Source of the DNA: Octopus bimaculoides
Taxonomy: Eukaryota
Direction of reading: 5' to 3'
DNA: 64,000 bases
NCBI RefSeq assembly: GCF_001194135.2
Contig: NC_068984.1
Location: 67,918,554 to 67,982,553 of the forward strand
This document shows positions 40,982 through 53,931 of this stretch, one piece after another; the stretch's first letter is position 1, and each line of letters begins with the position of its first letter. The position numbers and the translations under genes were made by a program. The notes beneath the pieces are model-generated. The model ran no database searches and was not told the origin of the DNA. It was given only the letters and a program-made list of their open reading frames with translations.

Positions 40982-41871
40982 AAATCTTGCTGATTAATAT
41001 ATTCTAGGCCAGTGATGGGCAATCTGTAGCCCGTGGAACTTACTGAATAGCACGCTTAGCAAAATATTACCTTGAATTTTTCTTGTTGTGCAGTCCGCCT
41101 AATAATACGTCATATCTCATATGGCTCACTTCTCGACAAACGTTACCTTCTGTCTGTTCTAGACCTTTCGTGTTACAGTCTTTATCACTACAGGGATCCA
41201 TCCTATACGTGATTGCTAGAATTACTAAGAGTAATAGTCAAATCTTTTTCAAATCACACGCTCCTATCTTAAATCATGTAAAATGAAAATAAAAAACGTA
41301 TTAAATAATCTAGACCTATGTAGTTCTAAAATGTAGGCTGTGCTCAGGTTGTGTATCCATGCTCATCCAATTCCTTTGATCTTGATCAAGATTAGGCTAG
41401 GGTTGATCCACAACAACAATTCCTTATATCTTAAACAAAATAAACAAGAAGAATATCACGTGAACTGTTTTGCCTGAAACACAGTAAGAAAATTAGAACT
41501 CGTGAAGAAACGTCGTGACCGAGACTGCATGACCGAGACAGGAACTGAAATTGTTTGTGCGTGTCTCTTGTATTTAGTAACATAGTATTTAATCTATGAA
41601 ATGCAAATATTTTCCTCTTTCAGACTGAAAAAGAAACTAACTGAAAAGAAATATTTCTGTAGTTAATCTATTTAGGGCAAACTGAATGAAGACAACAGAT
41701 TATAAAAGACTTTTTCAGATACATTAACATAATTGGTTTTACATACACACATACATACACACATACATACATATATTCATATATGTGGATGTGTGTGGGT
41801 ATGTATTTGTATATCCATTTGCTTATTTCTGCGTGTGCATTGTGATACACAGACAGACAGACAGATAGACC

Positions 41872-41914
<43 letters not shown>

Positions 41915-42044
41915 GACGTATTATTAGGCGGGCTGCACAACAAGAAAAATTCAAGGTATTATTTTGCTAAGCGTGCCATTCAGTAAGTTCCACGGGCTAC
42001 AGATTGCCCATCACTGGCCTAGAATATATTAATCAGCAAGATTT
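40982..42044. repeat. ~131-bp near-perfect inverted repeat (40982-41113 / 41913-42044) containing a hAT-like terminus
   Basis: Arms align almost base for base; cagtgatgggcaa starts at 41010, preceded by ttctaggc. Confidence 0.95.
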
Positions 42045-42206
42045 GTGTCCATAAAAATTATATTTTCTTCTTTTTATTACAATTTTTTTACAAATTGTTT
42101 ATACTGTTATTCCTATTTTGTTGTGAATATCATTATACAGACGCGCGCGCACATGTGTATATCTATCTATCTATCTAATCTATCTATCTATTTATTTATC
42201 TATCTA

Positions 42207-42241
<35 letters not shown>

Positions 42242-42842
42242 NNNNNNNNNNNNNNNNNNNNNNNNNNNNNNNNNNNNNNNNNNNNNNNNNNNNNNNNNNN
42301 NNNNNNNNNNNNNNNNNNNNNNNNNNNNNNNNNCCCTACCCCTAACAGATAATGCCCTTTAATTTCTCAGCCTTAGATATACAAGGTTTGATAAACTAGT
42401 CTATAAATTAAAACTGACCCCATAAAAGAAAACAAATAAAATCAGTGGCAGGCAGAGTCTTCTTGACAATTTATTTATTTACTTCTATGTTGTAGTGGAG
42501 ACATGTTCTTTGTCTATCTCCTTAACTTCTTGGAGATTTTAGGTATTATTATACTAATGTATCCATCTGTTCTAATTTAATTAAATTCTATGTCTTTGTA
42601 CAGCTGAGGATTGCTCTGCATTTTAAATTGATGTAATGATTACATTGTTCAATTAAATGGAGTTGCATGAAACGATCGTACTGCATTACCTCTGGATATC
42701 CTTGTTGCTTATTTTGATTTTAATCACCTTACTTTGAAATTGTATGGATAATACCGTACGAAATTATGTTGCCTCAACTTAAGTACCATATTCACCTGAA
42801 TCTATCTATCTATCTATCTATCTACCTATATATATATATACA

Positions 42843-43350
42843 CACGATGGGCTTCTTTCATTTTCTGTCTAATAAATCCACTCACAAGGCTTTGGTTAGC
42901 CTGAGATTATTGTAGAAGACACTTACCCAAGGTGCCAGACAGTCGGACTGAACCCAGAACGAAGCTTCTTACGCCAATATATATATATATATATATTATC
43001 TCTTCTATATCTTTTACGTTTCAGTCATTGGACAGCGGCCATGCTTGGGCATTGCATCGAAGGGTTTTAGTCGAATGAACCGCTAAGTTATGGGGACGAT
43101 AACAAACCAGCATCGTTTGTCAAGCGGTGGTGTGTGACGAGCACAAACACGAGGACACACACACACACAAACATGCGTACATACAAATATAAATACACCA
43201 GACTTTCTCTAGTTTCTGTCTATCAAATCCACTCACAAAATTTTTGTTGAGCTGGAGCTATAGTAGAAGACACTTGTACAAGGTATCACACAGTGGGACT
43301 GAAATGAGAACCATGTGGTTGAGAATGAAACTTTTTACCACCCAACCATG
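42843..43350 (-). mobile_element. Two SINE family A pieces (42843-42975 and 43008-43350)
   Basis: aaatccactcacaagg...gaagacacttacccaagg...gactgaaccc; the second piece has tail, body and head. Confidence 0.85.
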
Positions 43351-45255
43351 CTTTATTATGTTTTAGGAAAAGAACGTTACAAAAAATAACATAATATATA
43401 TTGTTATACTTGGGGATGGTCATATTTTTGCCAATGAAACTCATGCACTACTTATTTGATCTTCTCTTTAGTTTTTATTCCTATTATTTTTAGCTTCTAC
43501 GTGTGTCAAATTTCTTTCGTCATTCATTTTGTGACCTCTCCAGTGACTCTCAGTCTCGTGTGTCTCCTCTTGTCCTTCTCTGGTGTGCATCTCTATTTAT
43601 GCATTCTCTTCCGTCTGTGTGTGTTTGTCTGTCCCGTGTGTGTGCATATGGATTTGTAAATTACATTGTACCCATGTCTTTTATTTATTTATTCGTTTTC
43701 TCATTCTGTTTTTTTTTCTTTTTGTATGCGATGCGTATGTGTGTCTTGTGTGCATGTATAAATGTTTCAGAATATTCATTGTCCTAAAAATAGTGCAATA
43801 TAACAGTAATTCATTTCCCTTTTTCTGGGCATGCCTAACTCAACTATGCGGAGTAGCCTGTTGGCTGAAAGTATGAGCAGCGGGGCAGTAGAGCAGCTAT
43901 GCAGAAGTCCTTGAGCCATGGCAGCCAGCGGGGATGGGGTGAGATAGGGGAAGGCTAATAAATGCAGTGAAGTGTTGGGAGAAAGTTATAGTGAAGTGTG
44001 AAAGAGGGATAGTATGAGGACTTGATGAGATGTACATTAAATGCTCACGTGTTCTCAACTGACGTTGGTCGGCTGGTTTTCAATTACAGTAAAGAGACTG
44101 TAAATAGACTTTGAAGTCTATCCTGTTGATTAGACTGCACAGTCATTCCTTGATTTGATACCCTTCACACCGAGGGTTTTCTCTCCCATTTCTTTAAATG
44201 TATACTTATATATTTGTACAAAATAAATTTAGTATTTAGAAAAACAATATGAAAATAGATTGCATCTTAAATGCTATTTGTATGAGTTTTTTGGGATGCA
44301 AGCGTAAGACGATGCATCGAGCTAAGCCCATGTACATCAAACAGTTAGTTAAGCCATTTGATGAGTAGAGATCAATAAAATATTATCAAGCTTAAATAGA
44401 TATTCAGGTCGATATGAATGATTAAAACTCTGTAGTAAACAGTGCTCCAGCGCGAAGGCAATCCAATGACTGATATAAGCAACAGTATAAAAGAATATAT
44501 ATCAATACAAGACTTATAAACATACGCAAACACACACATAAATGAGTGTGTGTAAATATGTATGTATTTATCTATGCGTGTTAATACATCACTTATAAAA
44601 TACAAGGCTTAAATTCTGTAAATAGTGTTATACATTGGCACCAAAGACTAGAAATTCTAAAAACTTCGTAATAAGAAGGCAAACAAAAAAAATTAAATAT
44701 GTATAATCTGTACATCTTTATTCCTTAATTTTAAATACAGATTTCTAATCCCGCCAAATATTATGAAGAAATGATTATCTATTTTGCGCAATTATGTTGG
44801 AGATTCTACAAATTATGTATGTTTTTTTTAATGTTACGCTCTAAATATCTCTACTGCAAATTTTTACATCGAGCACTTACATAATAAATATAGCAATTTA
44901 TTCTGTTGTGTCTGGAGAAGGTCACTTTCTTTTTGCGCCACACTCCCCAGACACAACAGAACATGCTTCAACACACAAACTCACATAAAGAATCTTGCAA
45001 ACCAAATCCAAAAATGAAATATAACGATTTATATTTTTCAAGAAATGCTGTTCCCTCATCATAAATAGTTTCATAGTAACTAGTTACTGGATGGGTTTCG
45101 TTGTATAGGATACAAAATGTCATAAATACTTCATAGAACGTAAAGAAAACTTGTTGAAAATTTATTATTGAGCTGAGCTGTAATCGTTTAAAAATTTTAA
45201 CATCGTTTTCTGAAAAGGAGGTGTTATTTTTTCTTACTTCACACCAGGCCTGAAT

Positions 45256-45605
45256 CTGCTAAGGATCAAGGGAAATGTATTCGAAATCGCAGACAGTGTG
45301 CATGTATATATGAATGTGTATGTACGTATGTGCCATGTGTGTATCTTTACATGCATATTTTTATATATTTATGGATATGTATTTTAAGAGAATATATATC
45401 TATATTACGGTCATTAAACTGCCCCTGCTAAGAATCAGGGGAAATAAATTCGAAATCTCATACTGTGTGCATATGTATATGACTGTGTATGTACGTATGT
45501 GTCATGTGTGTGTGTGTGTGTCTTATATGTGTATCTTTATGTATTTATGGATATGTATTTTAAGAGAATAGATATCCATTTTTACAGTCACTGAACTGCC
45601 TCTGC
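45256..45605 (+). repeat. Diverged tandem duplication, period ~169 bp
   Basis: ctgctaaggatcaagggaaatgtattcgaaatc at 45256 versus ctgctaagaatcaggggaaataaattcgaaatc at 45425; both units contain atttatggatatgtattttaagagaata. Confidence 0.92.
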
Positions 45606-46180
45606 ACTGGGGTACTGCTTTGCAAAGGGTTTTAACCAATCATACCAATTTCAATATTTAGTTAAGCCTGATATATATTCTATTGATTTCTAAATATCGA
45701 ATGCGTTGGTTAACTTTTTGATGTAAAGAGCCTGATATATCGTTTTACACCACCACCCATAATCTCATAGAAAACAGAATTAAAAATGCAGTCTCATAAT
45801 TCCAATCATTATGGTACTACATTCATGTTGAATCTGCTTCATTATTATAGATCGATTGAACTATTTCAGCTATAAACTGTGAATATATCTGCATTTCTTA
45901 GATAATGTGAATTTATACAAGCCTATGTTTCTCATATTTTAAAGATAATATAGCATACTAAAGAAATTTACTTTTAAACAATGCAAAAATATGTGAAAAG
46001 TATTTGATTATATGTAGTGATCCAAAGCAAATATTTGACACCCTGTTATCTGCAGTTCTAATTAATAAATATTGTAATTAAAACGAGAGACCTAATTTAT
46101 ATTGTATATTATGATTTTCTAAAAGCTATAAAGCATCAACAATGCATGCTATTGAACCCAAAATTGTTTTTCTTCCAAAG

Positions 46181-46772
46181 AAAACAATGATGGTCTTGAA
46201 GAACAACAAGGCATGCCAGTAATCAAGTGGGTATTAACACAAAGAGAAACAAGAGACAAAAAAAATAAGAGGCACCAAATATTTCAACACAATAATCAAA
46301 TATCCATGTTGTTGATAGTGTTATATTAGATGGTTGAATAGAAACAATGGAATCACACTATTAAACTTGTTTAATTAACTGGCATCCTACCATACACTAT
46401 GTAATATTTAAAGAGCAGTACAATCAAATTATTGTCTACACTGATACTGCTGACTAAACAGACCAATTAATTTAGCTTGATTAAATTCTCTGTGCGTATG
46501 TATGNNNNNNNNNNNNNNNNNNNNNNNNNNNNNNNNNNNNNNNNNNNNNNNNNNNNNNNNNNNNNNNNNNNNNNNNNNNNNNNNNNNNNNNNNNNNNNNN
46601 NNNNNNNNNNNNNNNNNNNNNNNNNNNNNNNNNNNNNNNNNNNNNNNNNNNNNNNNNNNNNNNNNNNNNNNNNNNNNNNNNNNNNNNNNNNNNNNNNNNN
46701 NNNNNNNNNNNNNNNNNNNNNNNNNNNNNNNNNNNNNNNNNNNNNNNNNNNNNNNNNNNNNNNNNNNNNNNN

Positions 46773-46804
<32 letters not shown>

Positions 46805-46920
46805 CATACATACATATATATATATACATATATATATACATGCACACACACACACACACATATATATGCATACACACATCATACATCCATACATATATAT
46901 ACAGACATATGTATACACAC

Positions 46921-46973
<53 letters not shown>

Positions 46974-47597
46974 ATTGTAGAACAGTAGGTATGTCACATG
47001 ACTCATTTGGCAAAGGAAATTACCTTGTTTGTATGATGCCATTTACTGATGTGCAATTTAGAGCCTGCAGGCTGATTTCTCTCTTTGATTTCAAAGTAGG
47101 TAATTGCTAATGTGTTTATTCTGCTGACTACATATACTAAATGATTTTATTTTCATGAAGCACTACACGTTTTCAAACATAGATTAATTATACATACAGT
47201 TAAATTATACATGCAGTTCTATCTTATGCACATAAATTTACCTCTATGGATGATTGATGAATATACGATTTTTCATTTCAAAATTAAGTAACTATTGCTG
47301 AAATGTTTTTAAATAATACATTAGATATTGATTTAAATTAAGATATGAGCTGTATAAATTAATGTGTAAAATGCTATCTTCATTCTCTTTCTACCCGCAC
47401 ACAGACATAGATATTATGTGGGAGGAAATGAGCACACATAGTGCATATGTGCATATATATGTATTTGTGTGTGTGTGTGTGTGTGTGTGCATGTATATAT
47501 GTCTATACAATTATATGATTAATATATATATGGTCTTGTTGTTGATACACATGCACACACAAACACAAAGAAAGTGAAAGATATGTACAGAGGTGGA

Positions 47598-47661
<64 letters not shown>

Positions 47662-49021
47662 TTGAAGAAATTGGAACTATATAACACTATTGGATAGTAC
47701 TGGCCAATTCTGAAACTCAACGAGCTTTATACTGTACTCTACCACATTCCTAACGGAATATACCATAACTATATACACACACACACCCACGCACACACAC
47801 ACACACCCACGCACACACACACACACATATATATACACACACACATATATACACAGACACATATATATACACACAGACACACACATCTATATATATACAT
47901 ACATACACACGCATATCTATATGCACGCACATATAAATGCATGCAGTGAAAAATGCATTATTACTATCAGTACGTATATTTAATTTATGATGTATTTACT
48001 TTGTAAGTTACAGTTAGTATACCATGCCCAATAGCCTGATTTTCCCGTTAGCAGACCCTTTATTAACAAGAATCCTAAGAATCAACCATGGTTTACTAAA
48101 CATGACTTACATAAATGATAACATACACTCTAAGTCCACTAGCACTGCAAACTTTTTCTTGTATTGATCACCAATACCACATGCACACACATCTTTCTCT
48201 CCTACACACACACTCACTCACTCACACACACACACACATATCACTGGTTAGCATGTAATGTCTTTCCTTCATTTATCTGCCGCTGCACTTTATTAATTCT
48301 TTGTTTAAATTAGGAATAATCACTCAGTAAGATCCTCAAATGATTAATCCTACAGCACATGTAGCTAAATACACAATCTTGCTTTCATGGATTTTACATC
48401 TTGAAACATGCAAGTAAAAATATACATGTTACACTTACATTTTGAAACTATGTTTAGGATAATGCATGACACGGTTTTCAGGTTTTCAACTGCATTGCTC
48501 AGTCTGCACACTCTGTGCACCCCAGGTGGTGCCATGAGATTCCGAGCTAGCATATTTTTGTTTATACCCAGTATATTCAGGACTACATTATATGTTGAAA
48601 GATGAACTCAGAAAATACAGAGCAGGAACATTTACCACAAGGTACTTGCCCAAAGCTCAACAGCTTCAGCCAATCAACTGCTTACACATATACCTGCACA
48701 TACATACAGACATATATGAGCATAAGTCAATATATATATATGTATATATATATGTATTCATTTTATATTTTAAGAATATTTAAATGTATATTTATTTATT
48801 TATTTATGTGTTTCAGCCAAGTGGCTGCGGTCATGCTGGTGCACCAGTATATATATTAATGATTATGTTTGCGTTATGTATAGATGTTACATATAAATAT
48901 ATTTCAACATTTAACTGAAGAATTACTAAATACTTTTTACTTTTTAGTAGTTAGTAGGACCTTTGAATTTTTTCACTTATATGTGTGTACATATATATAC
49001 ATACATACATACATACATACG

Positions 49022-49055
<34 letters not shown>

Positions 49056-50268
49056 TGTATGTATGTCTACATGAGTGGTTGGCGTTAGGAAGGGCATCCA
49101 GCTGTAGAAACTCTGCCAAACTTAGTTTGGAGCCTGGTGTTGCCATCCGGTTTCACCAGTCCTCAGTCAAATAGTCCAACCCATGCTAGCATGGAAAGCA
49201 GACGTTAAACGATGATGATGATGATGATGATGATGATAGATCGCTAGCCACTAAGCCTTTTTCTATTTTCTCTCTCTGTTTATTTCTGTGATCCTTTCTG
49301 TCAAAGAGCTTAGGCTCAAAACATAAAAGACTTTCTCACTTCCCAAGCGTTAAAGTAATACATCTGTTTGTTGTTTACACACCTGTCTTCATCATTTGTT
49401 TTTTTGTAAATTCTCACTCTATCTATATATATATACATATATATATACATGTTAAATTGAGTTAATATTGCAATGCTACTTCTTATTTTATTGAGATCAC
49501 AATGCTCAAAGCAAAACTGAGCCAACCGGTATGAGTGAAAAATGTATAGCATGTCATTTAACCTGTCACTCTATTATTCCTATTGTCCCACTGCAAATAT
49601 ATGCATAACACTACTTTCCAATATTATCCACATGTCTACACATTTATAGTTATGATTAAAATCAATCACAATACAGTGACTGACACCAAAGCTTACAATG
49701 GAAATAAATGTGATGAGATTAACACAACTCTCTGCAGATGGAAATATCATTTCATATCGATATTAACATAGCACATTTGGTCAGTATTAAGAACTCTGGG
49801 TAATTTATTTATTGTTTGTTTTGCTTAATTTGTTAGTTTTTATTTATTATTTACTTATTCTAATTACTGTGGAGGGAACCTGTGGAAGAGGTAGACTCAG
49901 GAAGACATGGGATGAGGTGGTGAAATATGATCGTTGGATCTTGAGTCTCAGAGAGGCGATGACAAGTGATTGAGATCATTGGTTATATGTTGTGCATGGG
50001 AAGACACTTTAAGCCAAGTGAAATCATAGATGTGGCCAGTGTTGGCGACAGGTAGAAGGCAACCATGCTTGTGACACATAAGAGGCACTTGTGCCAGTGA
50101 CAAGTAAAATGCCCCCACAACACTCTTGGAGTGACTGGCATTAGGAAGGGCATTAGAAGCCATTAGAAGCCAAACCAAGTCAGATTGGAGCTCGGTACAG
50201 CTCTCTGGTTTACAAGCTCCAGTCAGACTGTCTAACCCATGCCAGCATGTAAAAAAGGACACATGATG

Positions 50269-50328
<60 letters not shown>

Positions 50329-51760
50329 NNNNNNNNNNNNNNNNNNNNNNNNNNNNNNNNNNNNNNNNNNNAGGAGGGGGGTATTTATTTTATGAGCCAT
50401 TGATGGGTAAATAAGATGTCAATGTTTGCAGGATTTGAAATAAGAGCATAGTTACACAAAACTAAATACATAAATTATTTAGTCAAGTAGCCTACTACTA
50501 CATGTCATGTGATCATGAGTAGTTTCTGACAAATTGTCTTCATCAGATTGTATCAATTACAGATTTGAAATAAAATCAATGTGAAGATGTCTGAAGAATT
50601 AAGTGAATATACAGTTTCAGATTAAGGTGAAAGAAATGATGGATACATAGAAAGGATATTCTATATGTCGGAAAAAACTGCTCATTCATAATGTTATCAC
50701 TAGTTATCGTGCTGGTGTTGGTGTTATTTAACAGCAGATCATCCATCATCAGGCAGACCTATGAATATAAGTGTTCCAGCTATGACCATCCTGTGTAATC
50801 TTTAGACACATTAACCAAATTAGAACTTTTTAAAACAGCAGAATGTGATTTTAATGGCTTACATTTGTTGGTTCACTATTTCTTGGTTCACTATGATTGT
50901 TGTTATTGTTGCTTAACTCCTGGATGGTCCTAATTAAACAGAGCTATGACCAAAGGCCTTCTAGTCATAATCAACCTGTCTTTTTTGTATATCTAGAAGT
51001 ACATTATACAAGTAGTCCAAGAATGAGATGGTTAGGAAATATCCACAATCTCAGTTGGTTATGCTTGGAATCTAACCAGAAAATGTAATGACAGTTGCCT
51101 ATGATTGAACCCTATAGAGAAAGTGACTGAGGGTTCTACCCCCAAGACCTACTCAGGAATAGTGAGCAGAAAAGATGGATGGATGGATGGATTATACAAT
51201 GTGTCCTTTCACTTCCAAGACAGTAGAATATAACACAAGAGAATCTGGCAGTAAGCTCTAGCAGACAGAGGGCCCACCTAGAAGTATCTTCTTTGTGATG
51301 ATATTGGGTAACCTATTGCATGATTTCTCCCACACTCTCTCCATCCCTGGTATACTATTTCTAAAGTGCTTCATCTCCCTTGAAATAGAAGTGCTTCATG
51401 TACCTTGAAATAGAAACGTAACAAAATTGGAGAAAACATTGCATAGATGATAATTGAAAAAATTCCTTTGTGTTTATGTAGATATCATGAGTGTAAATTG
51501 TTTTATTTAGTACTAAATATAGTTTAACACTTTCTTCTTTATATTGTTTACGGTGTAGTGTTAACAATAAATTCAGATCCTTTATTGAAATCGTTGTTGA
51601 TCCAATAATCAAATCTGACTAGCAGTGTGTGTATGTGTGTGTGTGAGAGAGAGAGAGAGAGAAAGAGAGAGCAAGAGAGTATGTGATGTTTTCTTATTTT
51701 TATTTATCTATTTAATTTCCTTGCAGCCTGAGAGAAGCCATCAATTCAGCATTGAAATAA
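46181..51760 (+). CDS. Speculative spliced C-terminus of an unidentified host gene (exons 46181-46218, 47062-47095, 48482-48525, 51727-51760)
   Basis: Phase-compatible GT-AG chain giving KTMMVLKNNKACQACRLISLFDFKVFNCIAQSAHSVHPSLREAINSALK*. Only the last acceptor (long pyrimidine tract, ttgcag) is strong; the 48526 donor (cag/gtggtg) is weak. No homolog recognised. Confidence 0.3.
49073..49237 (+). mobile_element. RTE-type 3' end with (GAT)n tail, little diverged
   Basis: gagtggttggcgttaggaagggcatccagc...ccatgctagcatggaaagcagacgttaaac(gat)n. Confidence 0.88.
49240..49420 (+). mobile_element. Penelope-like UTR fragment with CpG-eroded hammerhead motif
   Basis: cttt-CTGtcaA-a-gagc ttag gctc-aAAAc-ata-aaag at 49294-49329; stems I (cttt/aaag) and II (gagc/gctc) intact. 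Confidence 0.5.
49868..50328 (+). mobile_element. RTE LINE ORF C-terminus, 3' UTR and (GAT)n tail
   Basis: RGRLRKTWDEVVKYD..LSLREAMTSD, the RTE RGRPRKTW motif; the 3' end matches 49073. Confidence 0.9.
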
Positions 51761-52518
51761 TATGACAATGTTTTTAATTCCCTGTAGAATAACTATTCCT
51801 AACCATTTTTCCTCAGATTAGGCATATTTGTATAGCAGCTATTGTTTTTGCCCAAACTCTTGAGATGTACTGTTGACTGAAGTCTTGCATGAATAGGAAC
51901 CAATACTGGCTGTTGCTAAGGTTTCCCATGCCTGCTTATAATAGTTGATTTTTCATGCTTTTATCTACAACTCTAGAGAATCTTATTTGAAGCCAGATGA
52001 TTCTCAATAGTTTTATGGTAACCTGCTGTGTATTAGCATACACATCGTAACCTATTTGATTAAATTTAGAAAAACCTCACAGTTAATGATTGACTGTGTG
52101 GCCAAGCATTCAACTGTTATCACTGCTTGTAAGATGTATAGTGTTGTATGCTTTCATGTAGTTTGATCAATGTAATACATAGGTGGTAGCTATAAACGAT
52201 GTTGTACAACTTTTAATACAGCAAAATAATTTCTGAAAAGCTACTTCTTTCCTGCCACATTAATTTATATGTATGTGTGTATGTATGTGTATATATACGT
52301 ATGTATATTTGTATATATGCATGTGTGAGTACCACAAAGGTATTACACACACGCACACATACACATGAGCATATATAAATGTACTAAGAATATATGTGTG
52401 NNNNNNNNNNNNNNNNNNNNNNNNNNNNNNNNNNNNNNNNNNNNNNNNNNNNNNNNNNNNNNNNNNNNNNNNNNNNNNNNNNNNNNNNNNNNNNNNNNNN
52501 NNNNNNNNNNNNNNNNNN

Positions 52519-52571
<53 letters not shown>

Positions 52572-52691
52572 GTATGTATATATAAACATACAAAGATATA
52601 TATGTAGATATGTATGTAGGCCAAAAAGTTATATATATATGGAATGAGATAATTATATGTATGTGTTTATCATAAAAGAGTTTTATATATG

Positions 52692-53185
52692 TACAGGGTG
52701 GGACAAAGAGGATGGACTTTTTTGAAATGGCTGTTACTCAGCCTCAGTGGGGAGGGATATATGTCCAACAGGTACCATTTGGTTCATGGTATCTAAGTAT
52801 TTTCTTTTTTTTTTTAGGTGAAGCCATAGCGCTGTGGACAATAGAGCATTGCATGTATGCCTATGACAGTTACGTGAAGAATAACAAGTCTGTCACAGCA
52901 GTTCAGAGTGAGTTGTGGCAATACTTCAACATTCACCAATATCAGGCTGTTCCCACCCATAACACGAGGTACACTAATGAATAGGAGACCGGTGGGGGTG
53001 CCATGGATGGTACAGACCCCAGAAAATGGGGAACACGTCAGACAAGCTTTGATATAGAGTTTGAATTGCTCTGCTTGGAGGGATTTCATTGAACTTGACA
53101 TTGGTAATCGATTGGTAAGGCGTATTTTGCATGAAAATCTGCATTTCCACCCCTACAAGTTGGTCATTGGGCAACAATTGAACCT
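52692..53185 (+). mobile_element. IS630/Tc1/mariner-family transposase 5' remnant (DUF4817-type HTH, probably rosa/DD41D-like)
   Basis: TA-cagggtg terminus; WTIEHCMYAYDSYVKNNKSVTAVQSELWQYFNIHQYQAVPTHNT, then LVRRILHENLHFHPYKLVIGQQL. Confidence 0.85.
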
Positions 53186-53499
53186 AGAACTATATGGTTA
53201 TGAAGTGAACTCCATAATTAATTACACAGCCATGTACAGACCTATGTTAGAAAGTCTTACTGCCACAAGATAAGGAAAAAGCCATCAGATGCTTGTTTGA
53301 CTTCATAGAAAAAGCAGATAAATAGCAGCTTTATTGCAACTGTTGTGAAAAAGAAAGAACATGTGTCTGAAAACAATATGAGAGGTTTGTGATGGAAATA
53401 AATAAATATTTATTATTTTATAGATCAGTGTTGACTTGTAGTATGAGACAACAACAATCATTAATTCAAATATGAATAGATGCATGTTTGACCATTTGG

Positions 53500-53931
53500 T
53501 CATAGTCATGGGTGTACGTGGTTGAAAACCTTGTTTCTCAACCATATGGTCTTGAGTTCAGTCTCACTGTGTAGCACTTTGGGTATCTTCTACTATTACC
53601 CTGGAGTGACCAAAGATTCGTGAGTTGATTTGGTTGGCAGAATCTTAAAGGTGCCTGTCATATATGTATGGAAGTGAGTGTGTATGTGTTTGTGTGTGCC
53701 CTTATTTAGACATGATGTGATGGTTGTATATAAGTATCCTTGTTGCACAAACTAAGTTATTCCTTTCCAGTCTTCCATGAAAAGCAGGCCTGACCATGAG
53801 AAAAAGATTATGTTTCTTGGAAAATATTAGAAGTCAGTGAGGGTAAAGGCTTCTGGCTGTAGAAAATCTACCACAAATTATTGTCTGACCCATGCTAGCA
53901 TGAAAATGTGGACATTGAATGAAGATGATGT
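53500..53931 (+). mobile_element. SINE with a family A head and an RTE-like 3' tail
   Basis: Head gagttcagtctcactgtgtagcactttggg..gtgagttgatttgg; tail gacccatgctagcatgaaaatgtggacattgaatgaagatgatg. Confidence 0.7.

Noticed and set aside
43826-44190. G-rich block as a solo LTR
   Set aside because: No TSD or convincing terminal inverted bases; it may be LINE debris and could not be classified.
48109-48203. Minus-strand exon (EKDVCACGIGDQYKKKFAVLVDLECMLSF) with gtaagt donor
   Set aside because: The acceptor is a (TG)n microsatellite edge, and gtaagt is expected by chance at this AT content.
50270-50328. Poly-His ORF (49948-50400)
   Set aside because: It is the antisense translation of the (GAT)n tail of an RTE element.
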